DNA of 64,000 nt from Chloroflexota bacterium (lineage in GTDB: Bacteria; Chloroflexota; UBA11872; VXOZ01): the NCBI GenBank assembly GCA_963663275.1, contig OY760183.1:2144001-2208000 (forward strand). The letters are read 5' to 3'. Position numbers and translations under genes: made by a program. Numbering within the stretch: position 1 is the stretch's first letter; each line of letters begins with the position of its first letter. Under the pieces are notes generated by a model. That model was not told where the DNA came from. It did no database searches and was given only the letters and a program-made list of their open reading frames with translations. Below, in pieces: positions 10,507-20,523 of this stretch.

Positions 10507-12327
10507 CTATTGCGAGTTTGAATCTTTCGAGGTTTCCTCGCCGGACTCGGCCTGGCCGTCGGTTGAGCCGGACGGATCGCCGTTCGAGCCGGGCGACTCC
10601 GCCGGTCCGTTCGTCTGCTGGCCCAAGGCCAGGCCTCCGGCGTAGCCGGTGAGCGCGGCAACGCCCACGGGTTCGCGCTGAGGCTGGTGCGCCTCGATAA
10701 TCTCCATGACTTCCTCGCCGTGCAACTCCAATTGCTCCAGGAGACGCTCGGCAATCACGTGCACCTCGTCGGCGTGTTCCGCCAGCAGTTGCTTCACCTC
10801 GCGGTACTGCTCGTCCAACAAGGCCTCGATGCGGCGCTTGGTGTCCGGGTCGATGCCGCCCAGGCCGGCGGGCATCGCCAGATAGGAATAGAAGCTGTTG
10901 CCCATCCCAAAGTAGCCAAAGTACCCCATGGCCAGGCGCGTGGCCTGCTGCAAGTCGGAGGTGACACCGGTGAGGCCGGTCCCCAGGAAGAGTTCCTCGG
11001 CGGCGCGGCTGGCGAGCGCCACCTTGATTTCCGAAAGTATCTCTTCCCGCGTCTGCGTATAGCGCTCTTCCAGCGGCGTGCTCGCGGCCAGACCCAGCGC
11101 GCGGCCGTAGCGGATGATCGTCACCTTGGAGAGCTTGTTCTCCGGCTGGAGCAGCGCCATCGCGATGGCGTGGCCGGTCTCATGGTAGGCCAACCGCCGC
11201 CGTTCCTTTTCACTCATGCTGCGAATTGGCTGGCGCAAGCCCCACTCGTTCGTCTCGCGCGCCTCGCTGAAGTCCTTGTAGGAGATGTAGTCCCGGCCCT
11301 CGAAGTGCGCCACCACGGCCGCCTCGTTGATGAGGTACTTGATGCTGACGGGCGTATAGCTCACCGTATCGGCGGCAATCTTGTCGATGTCGATGTCCGG
11401 GTCGTGCCGCACCTTGTCCAGGTAGTATTGGATAACGTCCTTGCGGCCGTCGAAGTCCGGCGCGTCGATGGTAATTTTCCGGTCGAAGCGACCCGGCCGC
11501 AGCAGGGCTTGGTCCAGCACTTCGGCAATGTTGGTAGCGCCAATCGTGAGCACAACCGGCTGCACGGCCTTTCCCCGGCGCAGACCCAACCGGCGCAGAA
11601 TGCGCGCCTTCATACTCGTATCCACGTTGGGTGGATCCATCTCGAGCAGCAGCGTGTTGAGCATGCCCATGCCGCCGCCGAACATGCCGCCCATCGCGCC
11701 CATGCCGCCGCCCATCTGCGAGGTGCGGGCGGTGCCAACGGCGTCAATCTCATCGATGAAGATGATGGCGGAGCCGTACTTGCGCGCGAGCCGCCGCGCC
11801 TTGCCGTAGAGCATCATGATGCGCAGGTTGCCGACGCCCATGAACATGTTTTGAAAACCGGGCGCGGACGCATACGCGAACGGCACGCCGGCCTCGGTAG
11901 CGATGGCCTGCGCCAGGTAGGTCTTACCCGTGCCGGGCGGGCCAATGAGGAGCAGGCCGCGGGAGACCTCGCCGCCCATGCGCTTGAAGTCGCGCACGCC
12001 GCGCAACAGGGTCACAATGCGCGCGGACACTTCCAGCACCTGCTCGTTGCCGCGATAGTCCTTGAACGATATGCCGGTTTCGCCGCCGGGCATAATCCAA
12101 TAGACGCGGCCTCTTCCCAGGAACCAGAAGAGCGCCACGAACTGTATCAGCACGAAGAGAATCGCAAACGCAAGCTGGAAGAGCGTTGCGAAGATCATGA
12201 ACAGTATGCTCAGGACAGTGGGCGCGCCGAAGGTGGCGAGAGACCACCAGAAACCAAGCGCGACGACTACCCACAGCAGGATGCCGCGCCAATGCCGACC
12301 GATGAACCCCAGCACTCCGCCAATCAT
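10507..12327 (-). CDS. FtsH-like AAA+ ATPase / M41 metalloprotease paralog
   Basis: N-terminal TM segments, Walker A GPPGTGKT, Walker B IFIDEID, ALLRPGRFDR, HETGH zinc motif. Confidence 0.88.
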   Translation of the reverse strand: MIGGVLGFIGRHWRGILLWVVVALGFWWSLATFGAPTVLSILFMIFATLFQLAFAILFVLIQFVALFWFLGRGRVYWIMPGGETGISFKDYRGNEQVLEVSARIVTLLRGVRDFKRMGGEVSRGLLLIGPPGTGKTYLAQAIATEAGVPFAYASAPGFQNMFMGVGNLRIMMLYGKARRLARKYGSAIIFIDEIDAVGTARTSQMGGGMGAMGGMFGGGMGMLNTLLLEMDPPNVDTSMKARILRRLGLRRGKAVQPVVLTIGATNIAEVLDQALLRPGRFDRKITIDAPDFDGRKDVIQYYLDKVRHDPDIDIDKIAADTVSYTPVSIKYLINEAAVVAHFEGRDYISYKDFSEARETNEWGLRQPIRSMSEKERRRLAYHETGHAIAMALLQPENKLSKVTIIRYGRALGLAASTPLEERYTQTREEILSEIKVALASRAAEELFLGTGLTGVTSDLQQATRLAMGYFGYFGMGNSFYSYLAMPAGLGGIDPDTKRRIEALLDEQYREVKQLLAEHADEVHVIAERLLEQLELHGEEVMEIIEAHQPQREPVGVAALTGYAGGLALGQQTNGPAESPGSNGDPSGSTDGQAESGEETSKDSNSQ

Positions 12328-12712
12328 AGTCTCACCGTGCCTTCCATGCGCTACGAGGACAGGTTGCTATCACTGTACCACTTTTGCCGCCTGGCGCGGT
12401 TCTGACACCGCCAGTCCGCGCGTGCGCCCCCAAGCATAACTCTGATTGCCATTATAGCACGCGCAATCAAGGCGATTGCCGCTCGCTTCACAACAACTGT
12501 AAGAATTGCCTAAGAGTCTCGCGTTCATAGCAGGGGAGATCATGCCGCCGCCGGTTGGATCCCGCATAGCGAGCGCAGGCGCGCCCAGCGCGCTTTTCCG
12601 CCTCTCCCCGTGCAAAGGCGTTGCGCGGCGCGGTATAGTGGCACGAGAGTTTCACCCGGCCGGGCACGGCCATGTTCTCGCGCCCCGCCGAGACGATCGC
12701 AGGATTTTCCGC

Positions 12713-13471
12713 ATGACGGTAACCACGTCCGACATCCGCGCGGGACTGGAAGTGCTTGGGGTCGTATCCGGCGACCTGCTGCTCGTCCATAGTTCGCTGC
12801 ACAGCTTTGGCTACGTGGAAGGCGGCGCCGACGCGGTGATCGACGCGCTGCTGGAAGCGGTTGGCGACGGCGGCACCGTGCTCGTCCCCACGCTCACCTT
12901 TTCGATTCTCAAGTCCCGGCCATACCGCTTCTCGGTCAGCGGCACGCCGTCTTCGTCGGGGCGCATTACGGAGACCTTGCGCCAACGCGCGGCGGCCCTG
13001 CGCAGCCGCCATCCCGTCTCGTCGGCCGCCGCCATAGGAGCGCAGGCGGCGTACCTGACCGCCGCGCACGATGACACGCCCTGCGGCCCGGGTTCGCCCT
13101 ACTACCGCCTCTGCGAGCGTGGCGGCAAGGTTGTCTTCTTGGGCGCGTCGCTCGGTTCCAATACGGTCTTCCATTGCGCTGAAGAGATTGCGCGACCCGC
13201 TTACTTGGGCTTCGCGACGATCGAAAACGCCATCGTGGAGGACGCCGACCGCCGCCGGCGCGCGGTGACCGCCCGCCGCTATGACTGCTTCGACCGGGGC
13301 GTTATCCGCCACTTAGGCAACATGGAGCCGGTTTTCCGGGAGCGCGGGCTCCTGCGGCGCGCGGTAATTGGGGAGTGCCGCGCGTACCTCATCGACGCCC
13401 AGCAAAACGTCGGCGTCTCCTGCGAGGTTCTGAAGACGAACCCGGAGTACATTCTCTCGCCTCTGCCCTGA
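12713..13471 (+). CDS. AAC(3)/YokD family N-acetyltransferase
   Basis: LLVHSSL..FGYVEGG, GTVLVPT, RSRHP..S, NTVFHCAEE; ATG at 12713. Confidence 0.85.
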   Translation: MTVTTSDIRAGLEVLGVVSGDLLLVHSSLHSFGYVEGGADAVIDALLEAVGDGGTVLVPTLTFSILKSRPYRFSVSGTPSSSGRITETLRQRAAALRSRHPVSSAAAIGAQAAYLTAAHDDTPCGPGSPYYRLCERGGKVVFLGASLGSNTVFHCAEEIARPAYLGFATIENAIVEDADRRRRAVTARRYDCFDRGVIRHLGNMEPVFRERGLLRRAVIGECRAYLIDAQQNVGVSCEVLKTNPEYILSPLP

Positions 13472-13536
13472 CAAGACCGGTACCTGACCCATTTGGCAGC
13501 GAAGGCAATCCCTCTCCTAACGGAAGTCGAGACGGT

Positions 13537-13565
13537 GTAGGGGCACGACATGTCGTGCCCCTACA
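13537..13565. repeat. GTAG-type REP palindrome (GTAGGGGCACGACATGTCGTGCCCCTAC)
   Basis: Perfect intergenic palindrome; related copy GTAGGGGCGGTTCGCGAACCGCCCCTAC at ~27676-27703. Confidence 0.8.
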
Positions 13566-13715
13566 CCGGTGTGCGCGTTGTTCAAGGAACTTAATGGGGC
13601 GTCGCCGTCACCGTTCGTGGCCCGGCGAATTCTGCGACAACGATGGGGCTTAGGGCTAACCCTGCACTCCGCCCTGCTATCGCCGGCGCGCCACCCTCAC
13701 GCGAATGTCCGCCTA

Positions 13716-13769
13716 AAACACCATCCTGTGCCGTCCGTGCTTTATGGAAACAACATAGTGTGCTATAGT
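13716..13769 (+). promoter_or_regulatory. Tandem NrdR-box-like sites plus extended -10 (TGcTATAGT) upstream of nrdR
   Basis: AAACACCATCCTGTGC (13716-13731) and AAACAACATAGTGTGC (13748-13763), 13/16 identical, 32 bp offset; resemble the NrdR consensus acaCwAtATaTwGtgt. Confidence 0.6.
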
Positions 13770-13859
13770 ATGACTGTCTCCCGGTGGGCGCGCATTGCCG
13801 CTGGGCAGGCGGTTTCCGCCGGATTGGACGGATTGAAAGAAGCCTACGGAGGCACAAGC

Positions 13860-14501
13860 ATGCGCTGTCCTCGGTGCGCCAAGCAAGATACCCGCGTGGT
13901 TGACAGCCGTCCGGAAGAGTTGAGTATCCGCCGCCGCCGCGAGTGCGGCAATTGCGGCCACCGCTACACGACGTACGAGCGCCTGGAAGTGCTGGCGTGT
14001 CCGCACTGCGAATCAAACGAGTCCCGCGTCTCGTCGTACCATCTGCTGCGGGCGGGCGCGCGGCGCTTTCGTGAGTGCCTGCGCTGCGGGCGCGACTTTA
14101 CCACCACCGAGCGGGTGGATCCGGTGCCGCTGACGGTGGTGAAGCGGGACGGACGCCGGGAGGAGTTCAACCGGGGAAAACTGCGCGAAAAGATCAGCAC
14201 GGCCTGTTGGAAGCGCCCGGTCGGCTCGAAGCAGATTGGCGAAATCGTAGAGGGCATCGAGGGGGACTTGCTCGCAATCGGTGAACCCGAGGTGGAGTCT
14301 ACGGTGATTGGCGATAGAGTAATGCAGCGGCTGCGCGTGCTCGATGAGGTGGCCTACGTGCGCTTTGCCTCGGTCTACCGCCGCTTCGAAGACATCGACA
14401 GCATCGCGGAAGAGATTGCCGAATTCCAGCAGTGGAAACGCAGCCGCGCGCAGCCCGACCAGATTGCGCTGCTGCCTGAAGAATCTTCTCTCTCCCAGTA
14501 A
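13860..14501 (+). CDS. nrdR: Transcriptional repressor NrdR with tandem duplicated zinc ribbon
   Basis: CPRC..VVDSR..RRRRECGNCGHRYTTYER, second CPHC..RRFRECLRCGRDFTTTER, ATP cone VVKRDGRREEF, VAYVRFASVYR. Confidence 0.9.
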   Translation: MRCPRCAKQDTRVVDSRPEELSIRRRRECGNCGHRYTTYERLEVLACPHCESNESRVSSYHLLRAGARRFRECLRCGRDFTTTERVDPVPLTVVKRDGRREEFNRGKLREKISTACWKRPVGSKQIGEIVEGIEGDLLAIGEPEVESTVIGDRVMQRLRVLDEVAYVRFASVYRRFEDIDSIAEEIAEFQQWKRSRAQPDQIALLPEESSLSQ

Positions 14502-14611
14502 TCCGACACTGTGCGGAGGACGCAATCCGTCCACGCCGCCGCCAGCGGCCATGCCCAACGTAATCCGCCGGCCCGACGCGCGCGGCCGGCGCACCCGGAA
14601 CCCACGCTCAA

Positions 14612-15019
14612 ATGCGCAATTTTCTCGTCTACTGGCTGCCGCCGCTGCTCTGGATGGCGTTGATCTTCTACGGCTCGTCGCAGTCCACGCTGCCGTCGCC
14701 TTCCAGCACACTGCTCAACGTGCTGCTCAAGGCGGGCGGACACGTGGTGGAGTACGCCGTGCTGGCCGTGCTCCTGCACCGGGCAATTGACGCGCGTTTT
14801 CAGCACCCCGCCATTCAGCCGCTGGCGCTCGTCATGGTCGCCCTCTACGCGGCGAGCGATGAACTGCACCAGTCGTTTGTGCCCGGCAGGGTGGCATCCT
14901 GGAGCGACTTTGCCCTTGACATAATGGGCGGCGCGGGCGGACTGCTGCTGTGGAACATGGCGCAGCGGTGGCGCGAGCGCGGCCTGCCGCTGCCGGGGCG
15001 CAACCAACGCGAGCCGTGA
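14612..15019 (+). CDS. VanZ-like family membrane protein
   Basis: WMALIF..SS, K..H..EY, YAASDELHQSFVPGR..D. Confidence 0.85.
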   Translation: MRNFLVYWLPPLLWMALIFYGSSQSTLPSPSSTLLNVLLKAGGHVVEYAVLAVLLHRAIDARFQHPAIQPLALVMVALYAASDELHQSFVPGRVASWSDFALDIMGGAGGLLLWNMAQRWRERGLPLPGRNQREP

Positions 15020-15033
15020 TCCGGCGCCTGCGC

Positions 15034-16449
15034 CTACTTGCCAATGCAGAACTCGCCGAAGATGCGGTCCAGCAGGTCTTCCGTCGCGCTTTCGCCGGTG
15101 AGTTCGCCAAGCGTGTACAGGGCGGCGCGCAGCCCAATACAGACGAAGTCCTCCGGCAGACCCTCGGCCGCGGCTTGCCGGGCTTCCACCAGCGCGGTGC
15201 GCGCTTCCGCAAGGGCGGCGTGGTGGCGGAGCGAGGCGACCACGGCGCTTTCGGGCACCAGCTTCTCTCGCAAGAGCGTCTTCCCAATTGAGTCGCGCAG
15301 GGCGCGCAATCCGTTTTCGGCGAGGGCCGAGGTCAGCGCCACCGGGCAGCCGTCCAGCATATCTGCTACGTCTCGCGGGCGCAGCGCGGGGGGCTTGTCG
15401 GCCTTGTTCAGCGCGATAATGGCGCGTTGGTCCCGGTCTGCCTCCAGCGCGCGCTTCACTTCCGCAATCACGGCGCGGTCCGCGGGCTGGAGCGTCATGC
15501 TGCCGTCCAAGACCACGATAATCAGGCGGGCCGCCGCCAGCGACGCCCGGCTGCGTTCCACGCCAATCCGCTCCACCGGGTCCTCGGTCTCCGCGATACC
15601 GGCGGTATCCGACAGTATGAGCGGTATGCCTTCGACGTCAACCGTCTCTTCCAGCACGTCGCGGGTGGTGCCGGGAACGTCGGTCACGATTGCCCGGTCG
15701 GCGCTGAGAAAGGCATTGAGCAGGCTCGACTTGCCCACGTTGGGGCGTCCCACCAGCACGGCGCGCACGCCGTCGCGCAGGATAGCGCCGCTCCGCGCGG
15801 TGGCGAGCAATCGCTCCAAGCCGGTGAGCGCGGCATCCAGCGCCGCCAATACCTCTTGCGCCGGTACCGGGGGCACGTCATCGTCGCTGAAGTCGATGTT
15901 GGCTTCCAGGCGCGCCAGGAGGTTGAGCGCCTGCCGGCGAATGCGCCGCACCTGCCGCGACAAGCGGCCGTCGAGTTGGCCGAGCGCGAGCGCAAGGCCG
16001 CTGCCGGTGCGCGCCCGCACCACGTCCATTACGGCCTCGGCCTGCGCCAGGTCCAGCTTGCCGTTGAGGAAGGCGCGCAGTGTGAACTCGCCGGGCTGCG
16101 CCAGGCGCGCGCCTTGGCCGAGCAGCAATGCGAGCGCGCGCCGCAGCGCCAGCGGGCTGCCGTGGCACGAAAACTCGACTACGTCTTCGCCGGTATACGA
16201 GCGCGGCGCCCGCATGAAGGTGCAGAGCGCCTGGTCCACGGGCGCGCCGCGCTCCGGATCCACCAGCAGACCCACGTACACGCGGTGACTCCGCCAACTG
16301 CCGGGTCTCTCCCGCCGGAAGCAGCGCCTGGCGATTTTCAGCGCCGCGCCGCCGCTCATGCGGACGATGCCGATTGCGCCCTCGCCCGGCGGCGTCGCTA
16401 TCGCCGCTATCGTATCCTCGACGTTCACGCCGCCATTGCCCGCTGCCAT
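15034..16449 (-). CDS. mnmE: tRNA modification GTPase MnmE
   Basis: DTIAAIATP, SYTGED, GEFTLRAFLNGK, GRPNVGKSS, GTTRD, C-terminal FCIGK. Confidence 0.97.
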   Translation of the reverse strand: MAAGNGGVNVEDTIAAIATPPGEGAIGIVRMSGGAALKIARRCFRRERPGSWRSHRVYVGLLVDPERGAPVDQALCTFMRAPRSYTGEDVVEFSCHGSPLALRRALALLLGQGARLAQPGEFTLRAFLNGKLDLAQAEAVMDVVRARTGSGLALALGQLDGRLSRQVRRIRRQALNLLARLEANIDFSDDDVPPVPAQEVLAALDAALTGLERLLATARSGAILRDGVRAVLVGRPNVGKSSLLNAFLSADRAIVTDVPGTTRDVLEETVDVEGIPLILSDTAGIAETEDPVERIGVERSRASLAAARLIIVVLDGSMTLQPADRAVIAEVKRALEADRDQRAIIALNKADKPPALRPRDVADMLDGCPVALTSALAENGLRALRDSIGKTLLREKLVPESAVVASLRHHAALAEARTALVEARQAAAEGLPEDFVCIGLRAALYTLGELTGESATEDLLDRIFGEFCIGK

Positions 16450-16496
16450 GGAAAGTTAAGGCCCGTTTCCTCCGGCGCTGCCGCGTTGCAGGGCGC

Positions 16497-17060
16497 CTAG
16501 CCCTCGCGCCCGGCGGGATTCACGCCCAAGTCCTCGATGGTGAAGATAGCCCGATAGGGGAAGCCGGCCGCGGCAATGGCGTCGGCGCCGCCCTGGAGGC
16601 GGTCCACCAGCGTCCAGATACCCGTAACCACGCCGCCGGCCGCTTGCACCGCTTCTGCGGCGCGCAGCACTGAGCCGCCGGTGGTCACCGTATCCTCCAC
16701 AATCGCCACCCTCATGCCCGGCGCCAATGGGCCTTCCACCTGTTTGCCAGTGCCGTGCCGCTTGGCGCTGCTGCGCACGATCAGCGCCTGGACCGGCGAC
16801 CCCGCGTCAAAGCTGGCGATGGCGATGGCCGTGACCACCGGGTCGGCGGCTACCGACATACCGGCTACCGCGTCCGGCAGCGCCGCGCCCAGCGCCCGCA
16901 GCATCACGCGCCCGGTCAGGAACGCGCCTTCCGCCGACAGCGTCACCAGGCGGCAATCGATGTAATAGTGCGCCCGCTGGCCGGAACTGAGGATGAAGTC
17001 CCCTTCCTCGATGGCTTCGGTCCGCAGCAGCGCGCGCAGCCGTTCTTGCTCCGCGTCCAC
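16497..17060 (-). CDS. pyrE: Orotate phosphoribosyltransferase
   Basis: GDFILSSG..YYID, K.HG, IVEDTVTTGGS. Confidence 0.93.
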   Translation of the reverse strand: MDAEQERLRALLRTEAIEEGDFILSSGQRAHYYIDCRLVTLSAEGAFLTGRVMLRALGAALPDAVAGMSVAADPVVTAIAIASFDAGSPVQALIVRSSAKRHGTGKQVEGPLAPGMRVAIVEDTVTTGGSVLRAAEAVQAAGGVVTGIWTLVDRLQGGADAIAAAGFPYRAIFTIEDLGVNPAGREG

Positions 17061-17206
17061 AGCCGATTCCTCTCAGATTTTATTGAGTGACAAACCAGAG
17101 ACGATTCTACTGAACCGTTGGCGCTCCGACCAGGGGAATCCAAGCGGGTGAACGCGGCAGAAGGGTCGAATGCGCCGGCCTGGCGGCAGTAGACTCGACA
17201 CGTGGG

Positions 17207-18385
17207 CTACGGAGTGAACTCGCGGGCGATCTGGGCGTAGACCCCGGCGCTGCGGACCACCTCGGTCAGGTCGATGCGTTCGTGGTCGGTGTGGGCGTAG
17301 CCGATGTCGCCGGGGCCATAGACGATGCAGGGCACGCCGGCCTTCACCTGGAGTTTGCTCGCGTCCGTGCCGTAGGTGACGCCTTGCGGTTCGGGCGGTA
17401 GATCGTGCGCCCGGAGCGCGCGCATGGCGGCTTGCACGATTTCCTCATCCTCCGAGGTATCCAGCGGCCAGTCGCCCAGGTCGCGGGAGGCGACACTGGG
17501 ATGAACGTCGGGATTGGCATCGGCTATCTGCCCCATGGCGTCTTCGAACTCCTGGATAGCGCCTTCCGTAGTCTCACCCGGAATGATGCGGCGGTCAACC
17601 ACCACCTGGCAGGTTTCCGGTATGACGTTGGCGGCGTGGCCGCCGTGGATGATGCCGATGGCCCACGTGGGATACCCCACCAGCGGATGCGAACGCGCCG
17701 CAAAGCGGGGATCCAGCGTCTCGCGCAGGTGGCGGATGATGTCGACCATCTGGTAGATGGCGTTGTTGCCCTTGTGGGGCTGGCTGCTGTGGGCCGGTCT
17801 GCCCTTGGTTTGCAAGGTGAAGCGCACCGCGCCCTTGGTGGCGGTGACCAAACCGAGTTGGGTCGGTTCGCCAATCACCGCGGCCGTGACGTCGATTCCC
17901 TGATCGAGAAAGCCGAGGATGCCGCGAAACTTATACTCCTCGTCCACCACGCCCAGCAGCCCGATGTCCACGGCGAGTTCGTCCGGGTGTTGCGCCAGTT
18001 CCCGCAGCGCCAGCAGCATACCGGCCAGGCAGCCCTTGGCGTCGCAGGAGCCGCGCCCGTGGAGGGTGGTTCCCTCCTGGCGGGGTTCGAGGGCCTCCGG
18101 CCCCCAGGTGTCGATGCCGACCGTGTCCATGTGGCACTCGAAGAGCAGGAGTCCCCGCGAATTGGGCACGCGCAGGCGGCCAAAGACGTTCGGGCGGCCG
18201 GGCAGCGGCTCGTGTTGGGCGGTTTCCATGCCGAGGGCCGCCAGTTGCGACTCCACGAAGCCGGCCATCGCGCTTTCGCCGCCGGAGCCGTCGGCCATGA
18301 AGGCCGGATTCATGCTGGGAATGCGCACCAGTTCGGAGAGTAACTCCGCGGTCTCTTGAATACGGGACTCAGCAACGGCGCTCAT
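17207..18385 (-). CDS. M20 family metallopeptidase/deacetylase (ArgE/DapE-like)
   Basis: HMDTV, GRGSCDAKG, DEE, GEPT, GTDA, AHT motifs. Confidence 0.88.
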   Translation of the reverse strand: MSAVAESRIQETAELLSELVRIPSMNPAFMADGSGGESAMAGFVESQLAALGMETAQHEPLPGRPNVFGRLRVPNSRGLLLFECHMDTVGIDTWGPEALEPRQEGTTLHGRGSCDAKGCLAGMLLALRELAQHPDELAVDIGLLGVVDEEYKFRGILGFLDQGIDVTAAVIGEPTQLGLVTATKGAVRFTLQTKGRPAHSSQPHKGNNAIYQMVDIIRHLRETLDPRFAARSHPLVGYPTWAIGIIHGGHAANVIPETCQVVVDRRIIPGETTEGAIQEFEDAMGQIADANPDVHPSVASRDLGDWPLDTSEDEEIVQAAMRALRAHDLPPEPQGVTYGTDASKLQVKAGVPCIVYGPGDIGYAHTDHERIDLTEVVRSAGVYAQIAREFTP

Positions 18386-18525
18386 AGAAGGTTGTTTCCT
18401 GTGGGTTCATGCTCGGTTTACCGCCACGTCTCGCTCCATAGTAGCAGATTCGCTGATGGCGGGAGCGGGCATGAGACTCCGCTAAGCGCGTTGCCTCAGA
18501 CGGTGTCTACGTTTCGCGCTAAGAG

Positions 18526-18550
18526 GCGGGGGACAAGCCCCCGCGCTACG
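18526..18550. repeat. REP-like hairpin (GCGGGGGACAAGCCCCCGCGCTACG)
   Basis: Same unit occurs at 41865-41889 and in reverse in the 41588 array. Confidence 0.75.
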
Positions 18551-18659
18551 TGCGGTCGGCCAAGAGGTGGGGGAGAAGCCCCGTTGGAGAAGATGGGCGT
18601 CGTCGTGTTTGCGTGGATGGCTCGCGCCTGCGCGCGCGGCGCTGGCGTGATGCCGGCCG

Positions 18660-20282
18660 TCAGTGCTCGCCCCGGGCCTCCAGGGTGATGAGATCGAGCA
18701 CGTCCTGGTTGGTTAACGCGCCCAGGAATTTCTCGGTTTCCCGTTCCATCACCGGCAGGATCGTCAACGAGTTTTCCATCATGCGTTGGAGCACGTCTTC
18801 CACCGGCTCGTCGGGCCGGGCCTGCGGCGTCTTGCGGCGCACCACGTTCTCCAGGGGCGTGTCCGACCAGGATTCCTTGGGTAGGTAACGCAGCATGCTC
18901 AGCGAGACGATGCCCGTGAGGTCGCCCTTGTCCACGATCACGTAGTCGTGTTGGTGGGGGAGAATCCACTGGTCGACGAAATTGCGCACGGACAGGCCCG
19001 GTTTGGGATAGGTACGCGTCCGGTCGAGGATGTCGTCGACCGTGATGTCGTCCAGCGCAAAGCGGGCCAGGGAAGCCGGCAGGGGAATGGGCATCGCCAC
19101 TTCCTCCGCCGGCTTGGCGCGGTTGATGGCGAAATTGATTATCGGCGGTCCAAAGAGGATATAGGCGAACATGATCAACACGAGCAAGGAGAAAACGTCG
19201 GTACCGAGTATGCCGGTTTCCAGCATTACCAGCAGTAGGGCGACTTCCGCGACGCCCTTGGCCATCAGGCCGGTGGCCAGCGGGAGGGGCCTCTCCAGAC
19301 GGGAGACGAACGCGCCAATCAGGGAACCGGCGAACTTGCCCACGAGAGGCACCACCACCAACGCCGCGATCGTCAACGGGGGCAGCGTGGTGAACGACAT
19401 GCTCAGGTGCAGCCCGGCCGAGGCGAAGAAGAGCGGCACGAAGAGACCTTCGGCGGCGCTTCTCATGCCGGGCCCGATGTCCCGGCGCAGTTGGTGGGGC
19501 AATCCTGAGAGGGCAGCGCCAAAGAGCAGTGCCCCCAGGGTGCCGTGAATGCCCGCCACTTCAGACGCTCCCACTACAATGAACAGACCGCCGATGATCA
19601 ACCCAAAGGAAAGCTGCGGCGCTTGCAGCGTGCGCTGCAGGATTACGATGAGCCGCGGAATGACGTATCGGGAAAGCAGCCAGGTGGCAACGGAAAAGCC
19701 GACGATCTTCGCGAGCAGCGCGAGCACGCTCGGTCCATTGAATTCCGTCACGTGCTCGCCAATCATGAAACCGACGAGCAACAAGGCCAGTAACTCGGCG
19801 ATGAACACCGTGACGAAAATCTGAATGCCAATCGGCTTGCGCAAGTGGCCTTCGTCCACCAGGACCTTGCTGACGAGGCCGAGACTGGAAAGAGACAGGA
19901 TTCCCGATAGCGCCAGCGCCTCCGTAAAATCGAGGCCGAGCCCAAAGTCGTAGAAGACGTCCGTGGTGACGGTCAGGGAAAGGAGCAGGGTTATGACGAC
20001 GGAGAGGCTGGCGGCGACGAAGAATCTTCCGCGGATGGTGGCAATGAAGCCTTTGATGTCGATCTCGTCCAACCCGATGAGGAAGAAGAAGAGGAAGATG
20101 CCGACGCCCAGCAGAATTCTCAGTTCGGTGGTGGGTTCGATGAGGCCCGCCACGGGACCCAGCGCCAGACCGGCCGCCGTGTAGGCCACGATGGAATTGA
20201 AGCGGAAGCGGCGGAAGACACCTTCCGCCAGCTTGGCGACGATTATGAGCAATCCAATGGAGAGCAAAGCTTCGTGGAACAT
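18660..20282 (-). CDS. Cation:proton antiporter (CPA2-like) with C-terminal CBS pair
   Basis: About 12 hydrophobic segments, FVPLFFASAGL, GKFAG, KGVAE; CBS-like C-terminus. Confidence 0.85.
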   Translation of the reverse strand: MFHEALLSIGLLIIVAKLAEGVFRRFRFNSIVAYTAAGLALGPVAGLIEPTTELRILLGVGIFLFFFLIGLDEIDIKGFIATIRGRFFVAASLSVVITLLLSLTVTTDVFYDFGLGLDFTEALALSGILSLSSLGLVSKVLVDEGHLRKPIGIQIFVTVFIAELLALLLVGFMIGEHVTEFNGPSVLALLAKIVGFSVATWLLSRYVIPRLIVILQRTLQAPQLSFGLIIGGLFIVVGASEVAGIHGTLGALLFGAALSGLPHQLRRDIGPGMRSAAEGLFVPLFFASAGLHLSMSFTTLPPLTIAALVVVPLVGKFAGSLIGAFVSRLERPLPLATGLMAKGVAEVALLLVMLETGILGTDVFSLLVLIMFAYILFGPPIINFAINRAKPAEEVAMPIPLPASLARFALDDITVDDILDRTRTYPKPGLSVRNFVDQWILPHQHDYVIVDKGDLTGIVSLSMLRYLPKESWSDTPLENVVRRKTPQARPDEPVEDVLQRMMENSLTILPVMERETEKFLGALTNQDVLDLITLEARGEH

Positions 20283-20523
20283 ACCTACTCGTGCCGGAAG
20301 CCATCGCTTGATTCGTTCAAGCCAATATCTTACATGAACTGGCAGACATTGTGTAGGTCAGCGAATCTTTGGGCATTCCGCGCGGGGGCCTGCGAGCCGT
20401 GCCATGGGCGCGGCGCGTGGCGCGCAGCCGAGTGCGCTACAAATGCGCTACAATTGAGAAACGCCACGCGCCGCCGGGACTTGCCGCGCGGCAGCGCAGC
20501 GATTGGCGAAAGGGGCTGATTAC

